64,000 nt of DNA from assembly GCF_018350175.1 (NCBI RefSeq), contig NC_058368.1:234238001-234302000 (forward strand), in the 5' to 3' direction. The notes under the pieces are model-generated. The model was given only the letters and a program-made list of their open reading frames with translations, had not been told where the DNA came from and made no database searches. This DNA is from Felis catus (taxonomy: Eukaryota). The translations under genes were made by a program, and so were the position numbers. Below are positions 25,263 through 37,375 of this stretch, piece after piece; positions within the stretch are counted from its first letter, which is position 1; each line of letters starts with the position of its first letter.

Positions 25263-26449
25263 ATGTTTTTAAATCCTCTGGAATTTAAAAATTATGACCT
25301 TCAGTAAGTAATAAATTTCTGTTAATGGTGATCTCACTGAAGTCGGCTCATCTGTGCTCTTCATCATGTCCTCAAGGCGTAAATTTACAAATAGAAATAC
25401 AATCTTGTTTCTTGCCCTGCAAAGTTCAGGTTTGGCCAATTATCTCCTAGATGCAAGCATTATTTACTTAATAGCAACCAGGAGTTAAACCATACCCAAG
25501 CTATCTACTTCCAAAATTAATTCCATAAGCTTAACTGTCAGCATCCCAGGAAGAGACATTTCTCCACCAACTTTATCCAAAAGGAAGACATACTTCATAA
25601 TGGTCCCCCTAAACCACCTTGAGAATGGTCACAAGCCAAAATGCCATTTTGTTTTTACTGATCATAAACATTCAAAGATACATGGTAAAACATCTCAAAC
25701 TCTGTCCAAACTATGGCAAACTTTGAATCAAGCTGGATTCTGGTTGAAGCCAGCGATGTTCACCTTTCTGGGAATATGCTCTTTGTAGCACTTAATTATA
25801 TGCAAACAAATGAGGCTCTAATTAAAGGACTTTTTACATTTTTTCTTTGTGTAGAAGAAAACTTAGAAATTTTCAACCAAATGTGAACTAGCAGGACCCC
25901 AGGCTCACTTGGCTAAGATTAAGTTGGAGAGCCCTGAAAATAAAACACCAAGCGATGGAGGTTGGACAGTGCTGTTTTGAACTCCGGGGAGAGTGGATTG
26001 GGGCTGGGGCAGGGGCAGCCTGGGAGTTGAGGAAGGACTTAGGGGAGTTCAGCTTGCATGTGTCAGTCATTGTGTTGAAGCAGCACCCACCCCCAAAACT
26101 GGGGTAGCTCTAGGCCACGGTCCGGAGGCCACAGGAGGAACTTCGGGACCAGGTGCTCTGTGCTTACAAGGAGTTGGCAACGTGAGTGGAGACAGACCGA
26201 CTTCCGGCAGTAGCTGTCCATCTGCCCCGGGGCTGGTGAATTCCAATCACCTCCCGCCTGGGCCAGGGCAGTGAAGTTGGACCTTTCTCATACTCTCGGG
26301 TGATGGGGGGTGGGCAACACAGGGGAAAGGCAATTTCAGGATGAAGCAGAAAAGAGGCAACACTGTTGACAGGCACGCCATCTTCCCAAGAAAAGCTTAT
26401 TGGATGACAGGCTCTGCCAGAAGTAGAAACATCAGACGAAGCATTTACA

Positions 26450-27300
26450 ACTAGACCAATGGACATTTGAAAATAAATAGGCAATACGTTAGCAATACGA
26501 AACAAAAAGAAAAAAATCAGAGAACAGAAGAAACATCTTGTATGAAAAGTGTAATAGCTGAAACAGAGAATGGAATGACTAGGCAGAATAGCAGGATGGA
26601 TGCAGCAGAGGAATAATAGAACAGCAACTAGATGATAGAGTATTGCAAGAATACCAATCCCAGGAAGGGGAAATGACAGAATTAGAAAATGCAGAAAAAT
26701 TGAAAGTGATATGGAGAAAAGGAAAAATGCACAGAAATCTAAACACAAGGAGGCTTGGGGGGGAGGGTGGCGGGGGAGGGGGGGGCGCTGATAATTAAAA
26801 TGAGATGAGTAAATGTTTGAAGCAATGTTCAAAAAAAAAAATTCTCCAGAATTAGAAAACAAAAATAAAGCAATGGTTCATATTGAAAATTTTCATGGAG
26901 TACCAAAGAAGAAAATAAATTAAATATATGTTAATGAAATTTCAAAATATCAGATAAAAAGACAAACTTCAAAGCCTCCTGAAATAAAGAATATATCATA
27001 TACAACTGGGGCGCCCGGATGGCTCAGTTGGTTGAGCGTCTGACTCTTTGATTTTGGCTCAGGTCATGACCTCAGGGTTGTGGGATTGAGCCCATGTCAG
27101 GTTCTGTGTTGAGTGTGGAGCCTGTTTGAGATTCTCTCTCTCTGTCTCCCTCTGCCCCTCCCCCACTTGTGCACGCTCTCTCTCTCTAATAAAATTTTTT
27201 AAATATTAAAAAAAAAAGAATTGTAACATCAGATTTTTCAATAGCAACAATGGATGCAAGAAAAAACCATGGAGTGTTTTCAAAATATTGAGTCTCCTAG
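26450..27300 (+). mobile_element. Ancient L1M ORF1-region relic
   Basis: A-rich + strand; aattctccagaatt; acatcagatttttcaatagcaacaatggatgcaagaa. Confidence 0.55.
27008..27217 (+). mobile_element. Can-SINE (older subfamily)
   Basis: Head ggggcgcccggatggctcag. Confidence 0.9.
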
Positions 27301-27334
27301 ATTGTTAAATCAGGTAAGACTATCAGGAGGCCTA

Positions 27335-27545
27335 GGGGCACCTGGGTGGCTCAGTCAGTTGAACGTCCCACTCTTGATTTTGACTTGATTTTGACTCACT
27401 TGATTTTGACCCTGATCCTAGGGCCGTGGGGTCGAGTCCTGAGTCAGGCTCTGTGTTGAGCGTGGAGCCCGCTTGAGATTCTCTCTCCCTCTGCCCCTCC
27501 CCTACTCTCTTTCTTTCTCTCTTTCTAAAATAAGAATAAGAGAAG
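27335..27545 (+). mobile_element. Can-SINE with an internal (cttgattttga) tandem duplication
   Basis: Head, repeated cttgattttgac, decayed TSD aagactatcaggagg/aagaatatcatgagg. Confidence 0.9.
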
Positions 27546-27742
27546 AATATCATGAGGTTTATAAAATCTTGGAAATGTGGCTACCAGAGACCCAAGTTGA
27601 TGAAACTTTTAGGTGAAGCACTTAAATAAGAGAAGAGACAAATCCAGGAGATGCTGCTAGTGATACACGATGATGTAAGAAATAAACTTGATAAAATACC
27701 GCGGTAAAGTTTGCTGTTATCTTTATTAAATCATTAGCAACA

Positions 27743-27960
27743 GGGGCGCCTGGGTGGCTCAGGTGGTTGAGCCACTGACTCTTGATTTCTGCTCAGGTCA
27801 TGATCTCGGGGTCGTGGGAGCAAGCCCCACATGGGGCTCTGGGCTGACAGTATGGAGCCTGCTTGGCATTCTCTCTCTCTCCCTCCCTCTCTGCCCCTCC
27901 CCTGCTCACTCTCTATCTCTCTCTCTTAAAAAATAAATAAACTTTAATAAATAAATAAGT
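27743..27960 (+). mobile_element. Can-SINE
   Basis: TSD aatcattagcaa. Confidence 0.92.
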
Positions 27961-28039
27961 AATCATTAGCAATAAAAAAGGTAAAATATGCCCCAAATTA
28001 TACAGAATCAATAATGCAGATCCTCGCTGTTTAATACAA

Positions 28040-28236
28040 AAGCCACTGGCCATATGCAGCTATTTAAATTTAAATTTGAGTTAAGTAAAACGAAATGAAA
28101 TGTTAAAGTCCGTTCCTCCATCATACTACCACAATTCCTGTGATCAGCAGCCCTATTTGAGTGCACGCTACCCCATCAGGCAGCATCGACAGAGAACATT
28201 TCCAGCATCACAGAAAGTTCTGTTAGCCAGCCCTGA
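28040..28236. mobile_element. MER3-like hAT DNA transposon relic
   Basis: gctatttaaatttaaattt...agagaacatttccagcatcacagaaagttctgttagccagccctg. Confidence 0.7.
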
Positions 28237-29569
28237 AATACACACTATCGATATGATGCCGTGTCTGTAGGAAAGATGAGACCAGTGACTATGAGAGAGT
28301 TCGAGAGTTCTAGTCTCATTACAGAAGAAATTAAAGTACCATTTTTTCAAATGTAGAAAGATTAAAAGTGCAGATAGGCTTTGCATTAAGTTTCCCTCCC
28401 CCCAAAATATAATTAAATCACAATAATTAAAGTCTTGGCTTTCTTGCGTTGTTTTTACTCCTCGCTGATCTAGGCATTTTTCCAGAACAATTTCATTGGT
28501 TCCAAAAATAGCCCTTCTTGGGATAAAATATTACTTAATAAATTCTTGCATATAAAAAGACCCCGCATCTTATAAATATTTCATACGCGTTTGCCAGTTT
28601 AGTTGTTTTTCTAAAGATATTTTTTTATTATTCTTTCTTTGTTTAAAATGTCCCGAACCATGAATATATCACAATCTGGGACTGCAAGATAAGGAATGTT
28701 TTTCTCTAATCACACTGTTCTCTACGCCTGGGTTCGCCCTACTGTATAACTCAACTCCTTGGCCTGTGGACAGCTGTCCTGCGGCCGTCAGGGCCTCGGG
28801 GCCGAGCTGTAAGGGTCTGAGTTTCTGCCTCAGGAAACCCTCAACTGAGGGCAAGCATCATATGAGCCTTGTTCCCAGACGTAGGTGGATTCAGGGAAAG
28901 GCGGACTCCTGCGGGCTTAAGATGACAATTTGTGGTTTTCTCCTCACACAGACCTCATGTTTTATCCTCATGGAACTCATTTATTCAGCAAATAAATTTT
29001 GAGGATCAACCCAGCTTCCTGTCCTCCAAGAGGTGAGACAGGAGTCCGTGATGCCTCCACTAACAGCTTCAGAGGTCACTTTGAGCACGGGTGTCACAGC
29101 GGTGCACTGAGTTTCCAATTCCCACCGTGACTGTGAACTCCCTCCTCTCCCTTCCTTCCTCTGGGCTCCCCTTCTTAGGTGTCACAGTTCTTGCACATCT
29201 CCCGGCAGAGTCTAACCAGGCAAGCCTATACGTGAGCACATATACCCTTTTCAGACTTTCAGACCTTGACCCTCACAGTTCAAGATGAGATCTATGTGCA
29301 TCTGGAAGACTAACCATCACAGGCTCCTGTGATATTTTTCCCTGGGGACCAGGAGGCCTTTCCACTAAAAATGCTTAGTGACCTCACTAAAACCCCAGGG
29401 TGGGAGCAGCCAATGCAGTGTGCCTTTCACGACAGGTGAGGCACAACATCTATCACCAAAGACTTGCCAACTAAGAAAACTAACACTTGCAAGGAGTAGT
29501 GTATCCTAAATGCTTGGTGTGTATTAATTCAGTTAACTAGGAAACGAGGTGGCAGGCAGCACGATTGAG

Positions 29570-29760
29570 CACTCGGTGAGTTCTAAGTGCTGTGTACCTG
29601 TTAATTAAATTAAATGACTTTCATAAAACTCACAAAACTCATGGAAATTGTTACCACGTTCTGGCCCATCTCACAGATGGAAAGAGTCAACTTGCTGGGC
29701 ATACGGCCCGTGAGCGGATGCAGGGATGTGCACCCAGGAAATCTGAGTCCAGGGCACATT
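29570..29760 (-). mobile_element. MIR fragment
   Basis: attgagcact...ttctaagtgctgt...ctcacaaaactcatg...cccatctcacagatggaaa. Confidence 0.55.
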
Positions 29761-30107
29761 CTCAAGACAACCTCAAGCTACACCACCAAGAAGATTGGTA
29801 AGATTTTGACTCAGAGCGCAATAACAACTACTGCGATACGTAAATCCTGCCCTGTGCTTTTGGAGCGACAAAGTGGAAGCAGTCACTTCCAGCGGAGGGA
29901 ATCAGGACACTTCAGGACGCATGGTAAGTGGCCCCAAGACAAGCGTGAGAGACAGAAGTAGAGAAATAATTTCCACTAAATTGGACGGCCTGTGTGATCT
30001 CAGCACATGGGAACACCCCCAGATTGCCAGTTCTGCCTTCAGGCAGCACCGCACCCCACCAGAACCCATCCTTGACACCTTCCTGCTCCCTCGGGAGAAT
30101 TGGTGCA

Positions 30108-30193
30108 CCCCTCGTTCCCAGCCTGGAAGCCACTTCCCCTCGTTCCCAGCCGGGAAGCCACTTCCCCTCGTTCCCAGCCTGGAAGCCACTTCC
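30108..30193. repeat. 28-bp minisatellite, 3 copies (cccctcgttcccagcctggaagccactt)
   Basis: Three head-to-tail units with one substitution in unit 2. Confidence 0.97.
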
Positions 30194-32079
30194 ACTATCA
30201 GATAAGGCCCCACTCCTTCTCTACCACGCTAAAAACCTCTTCCTCAGAGTGTCTGCTCTCTTCACCATCAATCATACAGGGGAAAACAATACAAGACAAA
30301 ACGAGTCTACATGTGCTCCTGGATTACAGAAATAATCAAAATAAGGCATTCAGTGGCTTAACGTCTGTAACTCAGATGGTGAGAGCAAGTCTTCTTGAAG
30401 CATCATTGAAAAAATATCTAATTAACTTGACACGCGAGACTGGCACGTGTTGGTGGTTCCAGGACCGGCCAGCCTGAGGAAGGAAATGTGAGAAAGAAAA
30501 TGAACTCTGACTGAGTCAAAGCAAAAAGTGTGGGCAGATATGCATCTAGCTCTTTCTGTATATTCCCTAGGCTGATACTTACTCCCCCAACCTCGATCAA
30601 TTACACCCCAAACCCCAGATCCCAGTAAAATCCCTCCTCCACATTTGTGCCTTCAAAGGGAAAATTTTAAAAGGGAACAAATCTGAGAGCAGCAGGAATC
30701 AAAGGGCTTGACCCTCACGGGATACTTCAGCCACACCATCACTTTGCAATGAAGGCGAGAATCTTTAAGAAATGTGGCCCGAAGTTGAGCCATATGGGTC
30801 TGAAAACTGGAGAATCGTGTCCTAATTCCAATAAAGCTAGTTTCACTTGTTCCATTCTTTTAAAGACTACCCAGCTTCCCAAAGCAAATCCCAGCCCATG
30901 ACCATTGAAAATGCGTCTAACACGAGAGTTTTACAAGTAAAAGTATGGAGTCCAAGGAATACTATACACTGTGGAGAGTCACCAAACAATGGGAAAGTCA
31001 AAACTTGTGCCCCTAACTTAGGAAAGCATAGGCCACAGACCCTGCCCCGGCTCTCAGAATCCTAAAAGGAGGGAAGGACACATCACAAAAATCATTTTTA
31101 AAGCACTGGAAAGCTGCAGCATTAACACGGACTAAATGAACTGAAATCAGAGAGAGGAAAATGGAGGACAAATGCCCACTTCTCCCTGGAAACAGCTTCC
31201 AGGTCTAGATGCAAGCCCGGTCAGCAGACTTGGGCCAGGGAGTGGGTGCTGGCAGGGAAAGAGAATCCAGAAACACCCATCACTGGTGGTGAGGGGGCTA
31301 CGGCGACAAACCATTCTTCAGGTGAGGGGTCCTAGTTTCTTCCACACAACGATGGCGGGCTTCTCTGGCTCGGTGGCCAGGGGAGGCAGGGCCTAAAGGG
31401 TGAGGCTAAAAGTTCCTGGAACCGAGAGTCAAATTCCGTCCATCTCTAGGCAATTAGGAAGCGAAGACCCTCTGAGGGAAGGAGCTTGAAAAGAAAACAG
31501 GGTCAAGATGTAAGCCTGTGGTGAAGGGACACCAGGACCCACAGCTACTCTCCGGGCACTGGACAGATTCGGGCTCAGCTGGAGGCTGAGAATGAGGCTT
31601 GGCCATTGGCAAACACTGCCGCCAGGAAGCAGAAAAATTGGCAAAGATTTTGGTGCTCAAGAGGGACAAAGTTAGAGGCTGGGGAACACCAGTCATTCAC
31701 TCCCTCAGGACACTTGCCAAATTCTGACTAGAGTCAACCTACCTCTGCTCCCAGGGCCTCAACTAAGAGCATGGGAAGCCTTTGCTTCCTCAGTTCTGAG
31801 GGTCTGTGGGTGATACAGTCCAGCTGTCCAAACCCCTGACCCCCTCCCCAGAAGCTCCAAAGCCCAGTCCTTGATTGGATTTGGGTAATCAGCCTCCTCT
31901 CTCAATCATCCCTTTCTCAGAGGAAGACAGAGAACTTTCTTTATTGGAAGATAACACAATAGGAGTCTTTACAGTCTTTTTTATATAATATTCAGCATAC
32001 AAAAAATAACTACTAGCCATGTGAAAAGAGAATACAAAATGCTAAATAATTTAAAAAAACAACAACAACAACAGAATTA

Positions 32080-32296
32080 GAGGCACCTCGGTGGCTCAGT
32101 CAGCTGAGCATCCAACTTCAGCTCAGGTCATGATCTCACAGCTCATGGGTTCGAGCCTCACATCGGGCTCTGTGCGAACAGTTCAGAGCCTGGAGCCTGC
32201 TTCGGATTCTGTGTCTCCCTCTTTCTCTACCTCTCCTCTGCTCACACTCTGTCTCTCAAAAATGAAGAAACATTAAAAAAATGTTTAAAAAATTTT
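32080..32296 (+). mobile_element. Can-SINE
   Basis: TSD aacaacagaatta. Confidence 0.92.
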
Positions 32297-32372
32297 GAAA
32301 CAACAGAATTAAATTTTCAGATGACCCAGATACTGGAGATAGTAGACAACTGCTTAAAAATAACCGTGAGCA

Positions 32373-32600
32373 GGGGCACCTGGGTGGCTCAGTCGGTTAC
32401 GCGGCCGACTTTGGCTCAGGTCATGATCTCGCGGTCCGTGAGTTCGAGCCCCACATCGGGCTCTGTGCTGACAGCTCAGAGCCTGGAGCCTGTTTCAGAT
32501 TCTGTGTCTCCCTCTCTGACCCTCCCCCGTTCATGCTCTGTCTCTCCTTGTCTCAAAAATAAATAAAACGTTAAAAAAAATTTTTTTAAATAAATAAATA
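32373..32600 (+). mobile_element. Can-SINE
   Basis: TSD aaataaccgtgagca/aaataaccatgagca. Confidence 0.94.
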
Positions 32601-32636
32601 AATAACCATGAGCAATATGCCCAAGAAAACAGACGA

Positions 32637-32855
32637 GGGGACGCCTGGGGGGCTCAGTCAGTTAAGTGTCAGGCTCTTGGTTTCAGCTCAGGTCATGATC
32701 TCACAGTTTGTGAGTTCGAGCCCTACATCAGGCTCTGCAGTGACTGTGCAGAGCCTGCTTGGGATTCTCTCTCTCCTTCTGTCTCTGCCCCTCCCCTGCC
32801 CACACACGTGCATTCTCACTCTCTGTCTCAAAATAAAATAAACTTAAAAAAAAAA
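32637..32855 (+). mobile_element. Can-SINE
   Basis: TSD aagaaaacag. Confidence 0.92.
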
Positions 32856-33440
32856 AGAAAACAGGAAATAAGAGACAGTATGAATGAAATGATGGCAAAT
32901 TGCAATTGAGAATTGGAATTTAGTTTTAAAAATAATAGGTATTGCAGAATTTAAAGCCACAAAATCCAAAATTAAGAATTCAATGAATAGTTTTAACGGC
33001 AGTTGGGACACAGAAAATCTCCAGAATTCATGACCTGGAAGGCACCCAAACTGAAAGATCGGGATTAAAATGTAAGAAAAAATATTTTAAAAATTAAGAG
33101 ACATGTGTGATGTACTCAAAAGCGCTAAATTAATATAATGGGATTACCAGAAAGACAGGGGAGAGAACGAAGGAGAAAGAACATTCAGAGAGATATGACC
33201 GAGAACCATCTGAACTGACAAAAGACATCAGCCCACACGTTGGAGAAATGCAGTAAACTTCAAGCTAAACAAATAAACAGAATGTCACAGATGCGTCTCC
33301 TCAATGTCAGGCTGCTGAAAATCAAGGAAAAAAAGAAAACCTTAAAAGCAGCCAAAAAATAATACTTTGCCTTCAAATAAGCAAAACTAAGAAAAAAATC
33401 TGATGTCTCAAAAGAAATGGTAGACACAGAAAATAATGGG

Positions 33441-34094
33441 AAATTTATGATATTAAATGATAATTAATATTTATATATATATTATATTTATATAAATATA
33501 AATATATAATAAATATAATTTTATTATATTTATAATAATATATAAATATATTATTAATTATATAATTATATATATAATTATATAATATATATTATATAAT
33601 AATATAATAATTATATTATTAATTATATATTATATAATATATTATATATTATATAATTATATTATGTATTTATATGTATTTATATACATAAATGTATTAT
33701 ACATAAATGTATAATATACATAAATTTATATACATAAATGTATATTATGTGTTTATATAATTTATATAATTTATATATTTTATATAATTTATATAAATAT
33801 ATAAATATATTTATATATTTATATAATATATAAAATAAATAAAAATAAATAAAATAAATTAAATAAATAAATAAATAAAATAATATATTTATAGAATAAA
33901 TATTATAATAATATATTTATAATATATTATAAAATTTATATGATTTATATATTATAATTATATTATATAATTATATAATATAATTATATATTATATAATT
34001 ATAATTATATAAATATAATAATAAATATAAATTTAATAAATATAAATATAAATATTATATAATATATAATAAATGATAATATCATTTATGATAT
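33441..34094. repeat. AT-rich low-complexity island ((TA)n-derived)
   Basis: About 650 nt with very few G or C. Confidence 0.97.
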
Positions 34095-34224
34095 GCAAGT
34101 ATTAAAGGAAGAATAAAGGCTGAAAAATCAATTATTTAAGTTTCCATTGCAGGAACTGGGCAGAGGGGCGGGGAGTTGGGGGTGGGGAGAAAGGATTAAA
34201 TTTCACTTATGAGGAAGAAAAATA

Positions 34225-34432
34225 GGGGCACCTTTGTGGCTCAGTCTTGATTTTGGCTCAGGCCATGATCTCCCGGTTTGTGAGTTCGAGCCCCAAATCG
34301 GGCTCTGTGCTGACAGCTCAGAGCCTGGAGCCTGACTCAGATTCTGTGTCTCCCTCTCTCTCTGCCCGTCCCTTGCTTGCACTCTGTCTCTTTCAAAAAT
34401 AAATAAAAACATTAAAAATTTTTTTTCAAAAA
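34225..34432 (+). mobile_element. Can-SINE
   Basis: Head with a small deletion; intact B box gttcgagcc. Confidence 0.9.
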
Positions 34433-34982
34433 GCAATCAGTCCAATTCATAATGTTATCATAAAGTAAACTAAGGAGAAAAAATCGTATTTTTAATTCAA
34501 GGGATGTAAACAGCAACATTTGATACAATTTAAGCTGATTATGATTTTTAATAACTCAAACTAGCAATAGGGCCAAGATAGACGAGATTCTTCTGGGAGG
34601 CTGACAAAATCCTATTTCTTAATGTGGGTGATTGTTGCAAGGGTTTTTATCTTCAAATAACTCACTAATCTAAAAATGTATTTTTAAAAAGGAAGAAGTT
34701 AGCAAGATACCCTGAATATCATGAATCCCATTAGGAACTTACTTTTTCCAAACTGTGCTGCACGTCTCTTCCTGTGTTCAGAACTGAAGTTCATCCCTAC
34801 ACCCTACATGACCTTTAAATTTAAGTGAAACAACCCTTATGAAGTCTTGCTTTGCAAAAATGCTCAGCTACATGATTAACTAGTTTAGTAGGTGAAAAAA
34901 AAAAAAGTGTTACATCGTTCAAGTGAGTGGCTGAACTGAAGAACCAATAAGATTTTCTTAAAGGATCAGAGATTCGCTTGGT

Positions 34983-35188
34983 TTTCTTTCTTTAATATTT
35001 TTTTTATTTTTGAGAGACAGAGCGTGAGCAGGGGAGGGGCAGAGAGAGGGAGACACAGAATCTGAGTCAGGCTCCAGGCTCTGAGCTGTCAGCACAGAGC
35101 CCGACCTGGGGCTCAAACCCACAAACCATGAGATCATGACCTGAGCTGAAGTCAGACGCTCCCAATGACGGAGCCACACAGGTACCCC
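34983..35188 (-). mobile_element. Can-SINE
   Basis: Reverse-complement body. Confidence 0.9.
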
Positions 35189-35829
35189 AGAACCAGTAAG
35201 ACATCAACATGAATGTGGTATTTTCCAGATGAGGTAGAACATCTCTTCACCTCCATAAAGTCAATGGAATATAATATTTATTTTTTCCCAGTGCAGCCAC
35301 AAACCTGGAGGAACTTTGGAAAACACAGTCATTTGCTCTACTTACGTAGTTTTCAGAAATCATCTATGAACGTTCGTGTTATTTTTCCAAAAGGCAAGGT
35401 TCAGCTTGAGCAGGAACTCTGTGGGGTGGCCCAGGTGTACCTCAGGATGCACACCCACACTTCAGGTGAGCTCCACACACGTGAGTATCTCCTGCCTCCA
35501 TTCCATCTTTACATATCACTTACGGCTCCTCCCACTCGCCCCTGAGCCAGGAGGGTTGGGGACAAGCCACAGCAGTGCCTCGTTTACAACTTGCCCAGCA
35601 CAGACATTGCGTTTGTCCATTTCCTAGGTAGCACAACAGCGGCCAAGCACATCTTTAAAATCCAACAGCCCCGTTAAATCTGAATGCCAGGATCGTGTCA
35701 TTCTGCACATTGCATCCAAACCAAATAGATTTCTTGCAGGCACGTGTCCTGTGTCCCCTTCCTCCTAAATGGCCTCAACAGCATTTCAAAGTTTTGATGA
35801 CACAGATCCAAGTTAATACCACTTGCTAA

Positions 35830-36640
35830 AAATCAGAGATGAATGTAAGAATGTTCCTGGTAGCTTTAAAATAGCCCCAAACTGGAAACAGCCCAAGGGT
35901 ACATCAAGAGGAAAGAAGAATGTGTTCTGCTGTATTCGGACGATGGAATGTAACACGGTGTCTTTATCCATTCAGGCAAGTAACAGGACAGCAGAGACCG
36001 GATGGCTTCAACGACAAGCACGCGTTTCTCACAGCTCCGGAGGCTGGAGGTCTGAGATCAAGGTGCCAGCAGATGGGGTGGTGATGCCCTGCTTCCAGGT
36101 TTGTAGATGGCTGACTTCTCATTGTGTCCTCACGTGGTGGAGAGCCGAGGGAGAGCTCTGGTCCCTTTGTCCGCTGATAAGGGCACTGCTCCCACTTGTG
36201 AGGGCTCCACTCTTATAACCTAATCGCCCCTCAAAGCCCTACCTCCTGATACTATCATATTGGGGGTTTAGGCTTCAACATATGAATTTGGAGCAGGGGT
36301 GGGGGGGACACATTCAGTCCCCGGCACACAGGGATGAATAAAACCTGAGCCACAACATTATGGATGAATTTCAAAGACACAGTGGAGTGGAAGAAGACAA
36401 ATGGAAAAGAGAAGATCCTGTGTGATGCCACCGACCCCAAGTCCAACACCAGGCAAAGCCAATCAATGATGCCAGAGGTCAAGACAGGCGTTACTCTTGG
36501 GGGACAGAGGGTAGTGCCTGAAAAGGAGTACGAGGAGGCATTCCAGGGGGCGGGCAAACTCTGTGTCTTGCTCTGGCTGGTGGTTAGTTGCATGGATGGG
36601 TTCAGCCTCTGAAAATTCACATGGCTGCACATGCAATGGT
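35830..36640 (+). mobile_element. Old L1M 3' relic split by an MLT1 LTR
   Basis: aatagccccaaactggaaacagcccaa ... acaacattatggatgaatttc ... ccagaggtcaagacag. Confidence 0.6.
35958..36328 (-). mobile_element. MLT1A-type ERVL-MaLR solo LTR
   Basis: tttctcacagctccggaggctggaggtctgagatcaaggtgccagcagat...ggcttcaacatatgaatttgg...acacattcagtcc. Confidence 0.85.
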
Positions 36641-36691
36641 GGGGGAAATAAAAAATAATAATAATAAAATTTAAAAAATAAAAATAAAATG

Positions 36692-36940
36692 GGGGCGCCT
36701 GGGTGATTCAGTCGGTTGAGCGTCTGACTTCAGCTCAGGTCACGATCTCACAGTCCGTGAGTTCGAGCCCCGCGACGGGCTCTGTGCTGACAGCTCAGAG
36801 CCTGGAGCCTGTTTCAGATTCTGTGTCTCCCTCTCTCTCTGCCCCTCCCCTGTTCATGCTCTGTCTCTCTCTGTCTCAAAAATAAATAAATGTTTAAAAA
36901 AAAGTTTAAAAAGATAAAATAAAATAAAATAAAAAATAAA
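36692..36940 (+). mobile_element. Can-SINE
   Basis: Full body in an A-rich target. Confidence 0.95.
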
Positions 36941-37199
36941 TGAGCTCATCACGAATTTTGAAATTCCCTGTAGGCACCCTGCTCCCTTCCCAGCTGCAGG
37001 TATAACACAGCCAAAATTACAATGCTATTTTGGGAAGCTTCTGTGGCCTCAAGCACCAGTAGGGATCCCACAGCATTTGAACACAGGATCACAAAACCCT
37101 GGGACCAGCAGATCGAAGAGATCGTATAAGTCAAACCCTTCCTACGGTTTCAGAAGCCAACGCACTGAAACTTCTGTGAATCCATAAATGTTATCTGGG

Positions 37200-37375
37200 G
37201 AAGCAACCCTTCAGTCGCAGAGCCCATCCCTGGGTAGACACCAAAAATGCAGAGAACTTTAAAACGTGGACATCCCGGCTCAAACCCAACCCAATTAAAT
37301 CCTGATCTCTGGGAACGAGGCCCCGATAGCAATAGTTTTACAAGCTCCCAGGCGCGTGTCGGAACGGCCAGGGGT
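37200..37375. mobile_element. MER5A-like DNA transposon relic
   Basis: ccaacccaattaaatcctgatctctggg...agttttacaagctccccagg-like pattern. Confidence 0.45.

Larger units (their letters stand above)
31950..33440 (+). mobile_element. Ancient L1M 5'/ORF1 relic carrying three SINE insertions
   Basis: cagatgacccagatactggagatagtagacaa; aaattaagaattcaatgaatag; ctgctgaaaatcaagg...ccttaaaagcagcc. Confidence 0.7.

Noticed and set aside
26164..26862. 232-aa hydrophobic ORF resembling a membrane protein
   Set aside because: It is the antisense frame of an A-rich L1 relic; the F/L/I richness follows from T-richness
30108..30193. 28-bp repeats of CRISPR-like length
   Set aside because: Head-to-tail with no spacers, no cas genes, and a mammalian context
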